In this document: one piece after another, positions 1-10,049 of the stretch
How the letters are laid out: each line of letters opens with the position of its first letter
Numbering within the stretch: position 1 is the stretch's first letter
NCBI GenBank assembly: GCA_029856365.1
Contig: JAHQWW010000008.1
Location: 9,579 to 73,578 of the forward strand
Source of the DNA: Candidatus Hodarchaeota archaeon
GTDB taxonomy: Archaea; Asgardarchaeota; Heimdallarchaeia; Hodarchaeales; Hodarchaeaceae
DNA length: 64,000 nt
Direction: 5' to 3'
Program-made: the position numbers and the translations under genes
The notes under the pieces: generated by a model
The model's database searches: none
Told to the model about the DNA's origin: nothing
The model's input: only the letters and a program-made list of their open reading frames with translations

Positions 1-178
1 TCAGGGATAATCTCAAATTAGTAGTGATTTTTATAGAGAATTACATTTTTGATAATTAAGTTAAAAACCTTTAGAAAAAGAATATCCTAAAACTATAGGT
101 ATTTGTAAGGTTTTTAGATTCATATAAATTAGGAATAAACTAATACCATACATAGTGGCTTCAATCGAGGAATGAATT

Positions 179-622
179 ATGGATGAATTGTTAACCGAAT
201 ATCCTGTGGTTATAGAACTACCTGTGTCTTGGGGAGACATGGACGCTCTTCAGCACGTAATTCATACTGTTTACTTCCGTTATTTCCTGAACGGTCGTGT
301 TTCCTATTTAGAAAATCTAAAAGTTTTGAACTCAATGGAAGAAACTGGAGTGGGACTCATTCTAGCTTCAATCCAGTGTAGATTCAAGATACCTTTAACA
401 TATCCTGACAAGCTCTTTGTAGGCACCAAAGTTGAAACAATTTTCAAAGATCGAATATTAATCAAACAGGTGCTTATAAGTACCAAACATAGGAGAACAG
501 CTGCAGAAGCAGAGGCCCTTCTTGTCGCATTTGACTACAAGAAAAACTGCAAAACAATTTTTCCTAAAGAGGTGGATCAAAAAATACAAGACCTAGAGAG
601 CTTAAGACAACGAAATTCTTAA
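179..622 (+). CDS. Acyl-CoA thioesterase (4-HBT/hotdog family), motif degenerate
   Basis: V(S)WGDMDALQHV..TVYFRYF..GR and F(K)IPLTYPD match the 4HBT family; the usual HVNN is HVIH. Confidence 0.8.
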   Translation: MDELLTEYPVVIELPVSWGDMDALQHVIHTVYFRYFLNGRVSYLENLKVLNSMEETGVGLILASIQCRFKIPLTYPDKLFVGTKVETIFKDRILIKQVLISTKHRRTAAEAEALLVAFDYKKNCKTIFPKEVDQKIQDLESLRQRNS

Positions 623-763
623 AACATTATCTATCTTTATGTTCTGACTCAATCTCAGGTTTTGTTGTATAATTCAGTTGTTATCTTTTTGAAGTGAAAC
701 GTTTCATCGTGAGTCCGTCGTCTTTTGGTAGAGATGAGGAGGAAATCAATCTCAAAGTATACA

Positions 764-829
764 TCAATGCATAATACACACCATGATTCCCTTTTAAGCA
801 CGTAACCTATTTTCAGCTTGATCAAAAAT
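764..829 (-). pseudogene. Remnant copy of the last 22 codons of the carbamoyltransferase gene (3162..3227)
   Basis: 60/66 nt identical to 3162..3227; reads IFDQAENRLRA*KGIMVCIMH* with internal TAA. Confidence 0.9.
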
Positions 830-951
830 AGCTTATTCTAACGTGTGAAAATCTATGAGGGGTAACATCCGAAAGGTTATCGATAATCGTTATTGTATCC
901 AGGGGGAGACCAGCACAAAGTCTAAATCTTATTTTTCGAGAAATGAAATAA

Positions 952-970
952 TAGGATCTAACAGATCCTA
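952..970. repeat. Perfect 8-bp inverted repeat TAGGATCT-aac-AGATCCTA upstream of the radical SAM gene
   Basis: Read directly; function unknown (operator or hairpin). Confidence 0.5.
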
Positions 971-1049
971 GTAAAATTGTAAACAAAGGTCAGAACAGGT
1001 TTTTTTCTTTTTGCCTTAAGAAACATATTTATCAAGAGTCAATAATTCT

Positions 1050-3113
1050 TTGGATCAAGATAGAGGTAAAATTATAATGGGTCCTCAAAGAACCATCCTT
1101 TTACTTAATGCAAGCAATCTCAAGACTGCGTTGATGTATCCTTACGCTTTCGTGCAAGTTTCAGAGATTGCAGACAGGTTTAACATTCGGACTATCTGTA
1201 ATGACATGTACGGGATTTCAGAAAACCAATGGGAGGTTTATCTTCAGAAGTTACTCAAAAAAGAACCCTTTGATATGATATTAATTACCTTGAGAAACAC
1301 TGACTGTGTGGACGTAAATGATTATCGGTACCATCCTAAAAACACTAATTACCACAAGTCTATTGTTTTTCAATCGCCTGAACAAAGGTCTTACTATCCA
1401 ATCCAAGCTACGAAACTCTTAATTCAAGTTCTTCGCAAACTAACTGATGTGCTTATTGTCATTGGAGGATATGCTTTTTCTGTTATGCCAGAAAGGCTGA
1501 TGAATTACCTCAACCCTGATTATGGCGTGATTGGAGGGCCTGACGCCTTTTTTGAACATTTTGAAGATGTTCTTGGTAGACAGAATTTAACTCAGATTGC
1601 TAACCTAATTTATTCTCAAGCAAAGACTCTCCAAAAGGGGCCTTCCCGGTTCTTTCCTCCTTCTTTCCGTCAAGAATATACAGACAAGATCATAAAAGAC
1701 CGACAGGCATTCTATTCTAGGTTTTCAGGGGAAAATGTGGAGCTTAGCGTTTCCATAGAAGTGTCTCGGGGTTGCCCAATGAATTGTTCACCTTGCTCAG
1801 AACCCTTGGTTGAGGGGAGAAAGGTACAATACCGAGATTTAGACGTGATCGAAGATGAAATCAACTTTCTTAGGAAGTATCAGCTGAATCAACTGTTTTT
1901 CATATGTTCTGAAATTAATGCTGATGGTAATGAGTTTGTCATGAATCTTGCAGATCGGATAATTGAAATTAACGAAGAGAGGAAGGATTATGAGAAAGTA
2001 TCTTGGTATGGGCTGCATCTTTTGACTCTCTCGGCTGATCAATTAAAACACATCAGAAAAGCGGGTTTTCGTGGAGATTTCAATCCACTCCCTGTTGTTT
2101 CTCTTGATGATCATAATCTTGCAGCAATTAAAGCTCCACTAAAGAGTGATGATATCATCAATTTTTTTACTCAAGCAAAAAAAGTGGTTAAAGAAGAGTT
2201 CAGACACATCGGGAAGAAATTTTTTTCCTTGGAGGAACGAATATTCAGAGCTCCCCAATCTTTGAACCCTGAGGATTTTATGAATTCTTGGAATATCTTT
2301 CTTGGCAACATTGAATCTACTTCTGAGACTATCCGTGTCACACTAAAACGTGCTGATGATGCTGGACTTAACCAACTCTTTGACTCTTGTTATGTTAATA
2401 AAGCGACAAGAATTTACGATTTTATACGACCAACGGAGGAAGTGTTAAAACATACTTGGTCGTTAATCAATGGGGTAATCAAAAATTCATACAATGAACT
2501 CTATCCCTCGTTTACATATCCTCCAGCTCTTTTACGTCACTTTGGGAGTGCGGAAACTTTAGATGAGTTCTTTGTTTTAGTTGGAGATACTTACCTCTCT
2601 CGAAAACATCTCTTCAAAAAAGATTGGAATTGGTTTCTGGCTACTAATCTTGATCCTGGAACTTTCTTGTCTTGGTGGATTTCTGCAATTAAGTCTGAGC
2701 TAGCTTTCAATAGCCTTACTGCGATACCCGAGGTTCTGAAATTCCTTACTTTCCTGCGAAATAGTCCTTCAATAGGTAATATCAAACTACTTTTCAATCC
2801 AACACCAGGTAGAAAGAGCCTAATAAATTTTGCAACCAATATAGCTATCCAGTTTGTCTTATTTTCCCAAGAAAAAAAACTTGTTCCAATCATGCAACGT
2901 CTTGGCTTACCTCCCCTTAAAACTACTCTGAATCTTTCCCCCTATAAATTTGCGGTGAAACTCTTTGAACACTATTCAAACAAGGATGAATTGTTTTCTG
3001 TCGTAAATGATAGTTCATTCAACGGTGCTCTCTTTAGCTTCTTTGTTGAATACTTGCTATATCTCAAGAACACTCCCCTCAGCGATGAATTTCAGATATT
3101 TTTTAGTCACTAG
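1050..3113 (+). CDS. Cobalamin-binding radical SAM protein, TsrM-like (probable start ATG 1077)
   Basis: SRGCPMNCSPCSEP (CxxxCxxC); N-terminal B12-binding region ITLRNTD / IVIGGYAFS. Confidence 0.75.
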   Translation: MDQDRGKIIMGPQRTILLLNASNLKTALMYPYAFVQVSEIADRFNIRTICNDMYGISENQWEVYLQKLLKKEPFDMILITLRNTDCVDVNDYRYHPKNTNYHKSIVFQSPEQRSYYPIQATKLLIQVLRKLTDVLIVIGGYAFSVMPERLMNYLNPDYGVIGGPDAFFEHFEDVLGRQNLTQIANLIYSQAKTLQKGPSRFFPPSFRQEYTDKIIKDRQAFYSRFSGENVELSVSIEVSRGCPMNCSPCSEPLVEGRKVQYRDLDVIEDEINFLRKYQLNQLFFICSEINADGNEFVMNLADRIIEINEERKDYEKVSWYGLHLLTLSADQLKHIRKAGFRGDFNPLPVVSLDDHNLAAIKAPLKSDDIINFFTQAKKVVKEEFRHIGKKFFSLEERIFRAPQSLNPEDFMNSWNIFLGNIESTSETIRVTLKRADDAGLNQLFDSCYVNKATRIYDFIRPTEEVLKHTWSLINGVIKNSYNELYPSFTYPPALLRHFGSAETLDEFFVLVGDTYLSRKHLFKKDWNWFLATNLDPGTFLSWWISAIKSELAFNSLTAIPEVLKFLTFLRNSPSIGNIKLLFNPTPGRKSLINFATNIAIQFVLFSQEKKLVPIMQRLGLPPLKTTLNLSPYKFAVKLFEHYSNKDELFSVVNDSSFNGALFSFFVEYLLYLKNTPLSDEFQIFFSH

Positions 3114-3161
3114 AGTTTAGTTATATACTAATTCAAAAAGATGAGAGAATTATACTTCCAT

Positions 3162-4226
3162 TTAGTGCATAATACATACCATGATTCCCTTTTGAGCATG
3201 TAACCTATTTTCAGCTTGATCAAAGATGATGGATCGTGGTCCGTCAGCAACTTCATCTTCCACTTCCATTCCTCGATCTTGTGGCAAACAATGCATGTAG
3301 TACCCTCGTCCCTTCTTGGTTACATCCATTAATTCTACTGTTGTTTTCCATTGCTTGTATTTATTCATGATCTCTGGCATGATTTCAGGTTTAGCGGGTC
3401 TGACACCCTCAATTCCATGAGCCTCTAAAACCCCCCAGCTCTTGGGATAGACAAAATCTGCCTCTTCAAAAGCGGTTTTCATATCCCGTTCAATTTGAAA
3501 TGTCCCTCCATAGAGGTCGCAATGGTCTTCTACTTTTTTGATGATATTGGGATCAAGATCAAATTCTGGTGGACAAGCAAACGTTACATCCATACCAAAC
3601 ATAGAAGGCGCAAGTACTCCTGTTTGTGGTACTGCCATTGGTTTTTGACCTGCGGAATACGCCCAGCTCATAACAAATTTCTTTCCTTGCAATTTATTGA
3701 AATCATGACTGCATTTCTCATAAATGGTCATAATATCTGCCATTCCTTGACAGGGATGGTACACATCTGATTCCATATTAATGATAGGCTTTTTACTCCA
3801 ATAAGCAAAGTTTTCTTGGATTTTCTGTCCTTTGCCATAGATCCAATTGCATTTATCCCCGTATATACGTATAGCAATGGCATCTCCCATCCTTGATAAC
3901 ACCCTGGAAACATCTGAGACGCGTTCAGTTTCATAAGCGATTTCATCACCAGGTAGAGCTGGTGTGTATATAGCCCCTGGCTGTAAGAAGTGCGCATGTC
4001 CTCCAAGTTGAGTCATTCCAGCTTCAAATGAATTTCGTGTTCGTAGGCTATCATTATAAAAGATCATAAATAAAGTACGGCCAGGTAATATATGGCGATG
4101 ATCTTCATGTATAGTAAAACGCTTTTTGAGGTCCATTCCAACATTCAGGAATGTTTCGATTTCTTCACGTGTGAAATCAATCATAGTAAGAAAGTCTCGG
4201 CCTTTCAAATCTTCAGTTACTACCAT
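3162..4226 (-). CDS. Ornithine carbamoyltransferase-family protein, knotted AOTCase/YgeW-like
   Basis: SLRTRNSF, HPCQ, MHCLP, FDQAENRLH, plus SWAYSAGQKPMAVPQ loop typical of knotted transcarbamylases. Confidence 0.85.
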   Translation of the reverse strand: MVVTEDLKGRDFLTMIDFTREEIETFLNVGMDLKKRFTIHEDHRHILPGRTLFMIFYNDSLRTRNSFEAGMTQLGGHAHFLQPGAIYTPALPGDEIAYETERVSDVSRVLSRMGDAIAIRIYGDKCNWIYGKGQKIQENFAYWSKKPIINMESDVYHPCQGMADIMTIYEKCSHDFNKLQGKKFVMSWAYSAGQKPMAVPQTGVLAPSMFGMDVTFACPPEFDLDPNIIKKVEDHCDLYGGTFQIERDMKTAFEEADFVYPKSWGVLEAHGIEGVRPAKPEIMPEIMNKYKQWKTTVELMDVTKKGRGYYMHCLPQDRGMEVEDEVADGPRSIIFDQAENRLHAQKGIMVCIMH

Positions 4227-4361
4227 TATTAATCAATCCTGACGTTTGGTTCAATATATTCTAAAAAAACATCACGTTAATACTTGTACTAAATCTTGTA
4301 AGCAAATTCTCCTACCCTCATAAAGCTTCAAATTTATTATTGAAAGAGATTTGATGTATAA

Positions 4362-4898
4362 TTTAAAGAAAGAGAACCAGATAATTTATCTCCTATAGAA
4401 TCAACCTTTCTTGAAGAGTATTCAGTCATAAAATTAGAACGTGATAAACAAACATATCAAGCTCGTTATGAGTTAGAGGTTCGGTGTACTCCAGAAGAGG
4501 TTCAAGCCTTTTTGCCTGTGGATAAAAATCAATTTGAGAGCTCAAAGATAAAAACAATCCTCTGACCGATTTTCACCAAGATTTTTCCTTTGGACATCAA
4601 TTTTTGGACAATAAGTCATAGTAATGAATTGGTTGGTAGTATGTACGTCCAAATCGATAAATCGGGCAAATCAAATCACCGCTTGGGTTTCACAATTGAC
4701 CCAGCTCATACTCAAATATTAACTGAACCTATGCTATCTTTTTGTATTGATAAGATTCTTAAAAGTGGTCACACAAACCAAAATGTCCTAATCACAGTAC
4801 GCAGTAATAGTGAGGTTCATACTATTCTAAAATCTCGTGGTTTTATCGAAATAGAAACAAATCATATTTTAGACTTGAAGTTTAATCCTGATTTCTAA
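4362..4898 (+). pseudogene. 5'-truncated GNAT-like acetyltransferase fragment with in-frame TGA at 4563
   Basis: Frame open 4362-4562, TGA 4563-4565, continues to 4898; C-terminal ILKSRGF GNAT-like; no start codon at the 5' end of the open frame. Confidence 0.55.
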
Positions 4899-4922
4899 GT
4901 TACTAGGCTTTTCTATCTTTTT

Positions 4923-5726
4923 CTATGTATTCAATTCCCAGTCTTCTGAAGCACAACAAGAAGGAGAAGAAAAATATCCTTGAGAAACCTCCAACAATGA
5001 AGTTTCAGTTGTCCAAATTGCGTACCAATGATTTGTATCCCAGTTTGAGACTGTTAAAAGGATTTTCTTATCAACGATGAGGAAAAAGCAATTGCAATTA
5101 ATTACTTGAAAATCGAATGGGAATGGTTCAGTTGGGAGCTTTTGGCGAAAAAAACCAATTGATAAATCTGAGATCCTCTTCTGAGCTTGTTCAATAGATT
5201 TCTTAAGAGGATTAAACACCTCTTTATTCGGCATCATTAATGTTATGCTTGAAGTCGCATCATCGATCAACCGTTTAGCGTGGTTAAATATATTGGTTTT
5301 TCCCTTAATTATATAGGCAATTTTAGGTGATTCTTCATGATCCTGATAAATGGGAACTAATGATTCAATCAATTTATCGATAGAAGTCATCCTTTTCGTA
5401 TATTCTGTTTTGAAAATTGTTCGTAAATTTTCCATTGCTTCAATAGGATGAATAGCGATGTACTTCTTTGGTAGCCCTTCTTGAAGGATGATTAATCCTT
5501 TTTTTTGTAGATTATCCATAGTCCGATATATTTTACTATCTGGGATTCCGGTTTTCTCAACCAATTTACTCGCAGTTGCAGATTCTAATGGTAATAATGC
5601 TATATATGCTCTTGCTTCATTCCTAGTAAGATTCAGTTCCATTAAATCATCAATTAATTGTTTTTCTGGTCGACTAAGCCTAAGTGTTGCCTCATTAAGG
5701 GATTTTGTCATAGTGCTTTCTTCCAT
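4923..5726 (-). CDS. TrmB-family transcriptional regulator
   Basis: LTRNEARAYIALL...IPDSKIYRTMDNLQKKGLI..PKKYIAIHP HTH; C-terminal effector domain. Confidence 0.9.
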   Translation of the reverse strand: MEESTMTKSLNEATLRLSRPEKQLIDDLMELNLTRNEARAYIALLPLESATASKLVEKTGIPDSKIYRTMDNLQKKGLIILQEGLPKKYIAIHPIEAMENLRTIFKTEYTKRMTSIDKLIESLVPIYQDHEESPKIAYIIKGKTNIFNHAKRLIDDATSSITLMMPNKEVFNPLKKSIEQAQKRISDLSIGFFRQKLPTEPFPFDFQVINCNCFFLIVDKKILLTVSNWDTNHWYAIWTTETSLLEVSQGYFSSPSCCASEDWELNT

Positions 5727-5735
5727 TCCTCTACT

Positions 5736-5761
5736 TACCCTTGGTAGGAGAAGTTTAAATA
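5736..5761. promoter_or_regulatory. TACC-N3-GGTA palindrome plus TTTAAATA TATA-like box in the trmB/arsM divergent promoter
   Basis: TACC 5736-39, GGTA 5743-46; TTTAAATA 5754-61; resembles the TrmB TACT-N3-AGTA box. Confidence 0.5.
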
Positions 5762-5785
5762 TTTTATTCTTGAGGCACTAAATAG

Positions 5786-6568
5786 GTGCATTATGCAATG
5801 AGTCAATTCAAGGAAGAAGTTAAAAAGAGCTATGCTAAAGCAATAAACAAACATACCCAATCAAGACTTGCTAAGCAATCTAGTTGCTGTTCTCCATCAG
5901 TAACATCAATTAAAAACGAAAAACTATCACAAGGCGATTGTTGTCCTCCCTCAACATCAGAAATGAAAAAAGAGTCTACGATCCCCAGTTTCGGATGTGT
6001 AATCAACCTTGCACAGAAAGCCAATATTCAACAAGGTAATGTAGTTGTAGATTTGGGCAGTGGGGCTGGTTATGACCTTTTTCAAGCAGCAGATCTTGTA
6101 GGACGAGAAGGAAGAATAATTGGAGTTGATTTTACTCCCGATATGATCATTTCAGGAATGAAAAACGCGACAGAGAAAGGTTATACAAATGTAGATTTTA
6201 GGTTATCAGATATAGAGAATATCGATATTTTACCTGATAACTTTGCTGATGTGATAATTAGTAATTGTGTGATAAACCTCACCATGGACAAAGGAGCTGT
6301 ATTTAAAGAAGCTTTCAGAATTCTTAAACCTGGTGGGAGATTAGTGGATGCAGATATCATTGCTGTTAACCACTTACCACCTGAAATCACACAAGATCCA
6401 GAAGCATGGTGTTCTTGCCTTGGTGGAGCATTAACAAAAGAGGGATATATTGAAAAAATCGAACAAGCTGGCTTTAAAGAAGTTAATGTGACAATCTTTA
6501 ATAATTTTGAATATTTGAACCATCAATTTCAAAGTGGTATTATCGAAGTACAGAAACCATTGAATTGA
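5786..6568 (+). CDS. arsM: Arsenite S-adenosylmethyltransferase (probable start ATG 5798)
   Basis: SFGC, VVDLGSGAGYD, IISNCVINL, AWCSCLGGAL; N-terminal CC pairs. Confidence 0.88.
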   Translation: MHYAMSQFKEEVKKSYAKAINKHTQSRLAKQSSCCSPSVTSIKNEKLSQGDCCPPSTSEMKKESTIPSFGCVINLAQKANIQQGNVVVDLGSGAGYDLFQAADLVGREGRIIGVDFTPDMIISGMKNATEKGYTNVDFRLSDIENIDILPDNFADVIISNCVINLTMDKGAVFKEAFRILKPGGRLVDADIIAVNHLPPEITQDPEAWCSCLGGALTKEGYIEKIEQAGFKEVNVTIFNNFEYLNHQFQSGIIEVQKPLN

Positions 6569-6808
6569 TTAATTCTTTAGTCACTTGGAAGCTCATTTTA
6601 TTTTTAAAATATCACAGAAATATTTCTTTTTTTCTTATTATTATAATCCATCTTACCTTATTGATCTTTTTTGCCACTTTCTATCCCTATAAATATTATA
6701 GTGTAATAAACGTCAACAAAACTGTAAAAGTTCATATTCATCACCCTAGATTTTATAGCTCATTATTACTATTCAAATCAAAATATGTTTCTTTTATCTG
6801 GTGATTTC

Positions 6809-9800
6809 ATGAATATTTCCACAATTAAGGATAAAGATAACTTTGAAGGTATAATCCGTCCGATTAATACAATTGTTGATTCAAAAAAATTAGTAGAATT
6901 TTTCAATGCAATTGATGATTTATGGCCAGGGACATAGACTCAAGGAATCAAGTATGATGAAAAACGAGCACGAGAATTCATTGAAAAAAGGAAAGCTCTT
7001 GAATGGTTTGTTGCTTTCGATCCCCAAGATCGTTTAGTCGGTATCTGCTCTGTTCATAACCGCATGGAAGAACCTAATGTTTCATACATTGGTATTTTAG
7101 GTGCCCATCCTGAAGTATTAGGCAAAAAATATGGTAAACATCTACTCCTCACAGCAGTTGATTTTAGTGTAAAAAATGGGGATGTACGGCAAGATCTGCA
7201 TACTTGGCCATCAAATATGAAAGCTGTACCCCTTTATAAGAAGATTGGCCTTCAATGGGTTCCCGAAACATCAGTATATATGCAGAATTACATTCCTGTT
7301 ATTTTACAAAACTCCTTCTGTAAACCATTTTTTGATAAACATCCTGATTGGTACCTAAATCAGAAGCGTGAAATCACACAAGCGCCTGATGAGCAGACCT
7401 TAGGGTCTATGAAAGTTTTTTATTATCGGTTTGAAAAAGAGGCAGATTTTCTTGAAGTTATTATTGATCGTTACAGCCGATCCATTACTAGTATTACCAG
7501 AAGAATGAACGATGAATTAATCGGAATAACTATGCAACAAAAAGATCATGATGTCTTTGCTGGAATTAAACAAAATACCTCTTTACTCATAAGGAATGAA
7601 TCCAATAAAGAGCTATCTGTTATTGTATCTATGGAGGGGTCTAAGGAAATCAGTGTAAAAGCAAGTCAAGAAATTCTAACAGTTCCCAAGGGAACTAAGA
7701 TACTTGAAAATACCTATATTGTTGATGATATAACTTCTGATACTGATATCCAGAGAAAAACTCCCAGCATTAAAAGTCGAATTATTGTAGATGGAGAAGT
7801 TGTTACATTGGAAGCAGGTATGAGAGTTCGTCAGCTTATTGATATCAAGATATCAGATCAGGTTTGGTGGAGGCCTTCTGGTAAGCAAGATATACCAATA
7901 CACATACAAAATAGGTCAGAGAAGACCATTGAAGGAGAATTATTATTCTGGTCAATTAATAAGATTGATATTCTCACTCCTATTATTCCTATTAGTCTTG
8001 ATCAGGAAGAGAATGTTGGTGTCAATGTTCAACTAGAAATTCCCTTAAAGAATAATGATATTTTTACGACTATATATTGTCAGATTAAAATGAGGAACAT
8101 TAAAAGTAGAGTATTTGAGCTCCCTATTTTCCTTTCTGATAACCCAGGATTATCTGCTGGTATACAACAAGACAAAAAGTCTGTAATCATCCAAAACCAA
8201 TATATTCATGGTGTTATAAAATTAGAGGGAGCTAGTGCTGATTTTCGTACTCCTGATGAAACTTTAATGGGAATAGGAGTTCGTACACTTGATTACGGAC
8301 CTCCATTTGGTTTTAGCGAATTTAATCAGGCTGAATTCAGCCCAAAAATAATAGAAAAAGAAAATTCTATTCAGGTTAAACTTTCTAGGAGAGGAAATTC
8401 AAAGAGGGAGTTGATTTTTCATCGAATTTTTGAATTGAAGGCAGGAGACCCCTATTTTGCAACATGGACGGAAGTACAAAACTTAGGAACTGTAGATGAC
8501 CAAATTACTACGATTTTAGAGCCTCATTTCACCCATGGTATAAACATGCCTCTTGGTGAAACCTATTTTGTTTTTGATGACCAGCTTATTCATGGGCCTG
8601 CTTTTCTCTGGCCAGCTGGAAAAGGAGATTTACCTGAAGGAACTGAAAGGTATGAACCTTGGATTTGCATGCAGGTTGGAGATTTCAGTTACTATCATGT
8701 TTATGAGGTTCATGACACTAAAGCGGATCCTGGCCGTAGTAAATTATCATCTCTTGAAAAACAGATCCAAATCCCAGCTCTTTCCTCGTCTAGAGGGCCA
8801 AAGAGCTGGATTGGTTGTGGAGATATAGATTGGAAGAGAGTTCGCGCATTAGCATATTATTTGAGTAAAAATCAAGTATTATCTCCAATTCAGCAAAAAA
8901 TTAAACCTATATCATATCTTAATATCGATGTTCCCAGAAACCAACTACTTATTGGGGGAAAAATATCAGTAATCCAGATTACTCTAAGATCAATTCGATT
9001 AATGCCTTTAAATGGTCGATTAATCATTGAGACACCGAAAAGATGGACAATTACTCCTAATGAATTTGAAATCACTAATTTAAACTTAAATAATCCCCAA
9101 GAGTATAAATGCAAGCTAGAATTGCCAAATAATGTTACCTTTGGAATTTACAAATTGCAATTTATCATACAGAGTCCTGAGAAAAGAGAAACTAATCATA
9201 TTCGATTTTTAGTCTTTAATGATTCCGAAAAACCTGAAATTCTTGATCTCCCACCGGAATCAAACAAGAATCTGGTCTTAGTAAGAAATAAAGTTCTTAA
9301 GATTAAAAGTTCAGCTGATTTTGCAGCTTGTCTTACTCAAATACAGTATAACGGAGAACCTTATTTACTTTCAAATTTTCCTAATTATTCTCCATCGATC
9401 TTTTTCTCGAAGGATCCTGGTGGGATGGTTAATTCTATTATTCTAGGTGAAAATGATGATTTGGACGAATCAAACTATACCAAAGAGAAATTTATAGCTA
9501 GGAAGATCCAATCAGATCACTGGTCAGGAGTTGAATATTCAGCAACAATCCATGAACAAAAGTCATTAAAGGGTTTGGTTATGAAAATCGCATATGAATT
9601 ATTAGGAGGAGACTCAAGTTTAGTTCGGGTTCGAACAACGATTCATAATCCAACTTCAACAACATTTCGAGCCACATCATTTAGTTTATTAAGTCCAGGA
9701 ATTGATGGAAGTATAGAGAACATGGTTTCGAGATTTTCTATTGGCACTGAAACTCCTTTTCAATTTTCGAGAGCCAATCCCGGTCTTATAATTGGAGTCG

Positions 9801-10039
9801 GATCAGAGGATTTGACCTATTTAACATTGGAAAAAAATAATAACTCCGTTTCCCTTATTAAGATTTCTTCAAGATCTAAAATAATCCCTCTTGATGTAGG
9901 TAAGATGATCCTCGGAGCTGGTTTTGTTACATTTTGGTATTTAGAGCCCAACCAAACTGATGAAGTTTCCTACTTTATTTCCCTGAACAGCAAAGAGGAA
10001 TTTCTAGAGGATTTATCCCACTTTTTTTGTGAATGCTAG
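6809..10039 (+). pseudogene. Large GNAT-domain protein interrupted by in-frame TAG at 6935-6937 (ORF track shows only 7064..10039)
   Basis: GGTGA SD + ATG 6809 in frame; WPGT*TQG; GNAT motifs HPEVLGKKYGK and NMKAVPLYKKIG. Confidence 0.75.
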
Positions 10040-10049
10040 TGAAAAATAC

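Noticed and set aside
695-706. TGAAACGTTTCA palindrome resembling a LacI-family operator
   Set aside because: No LacI gene nearby and not positioned at an evident promoter; may be chance
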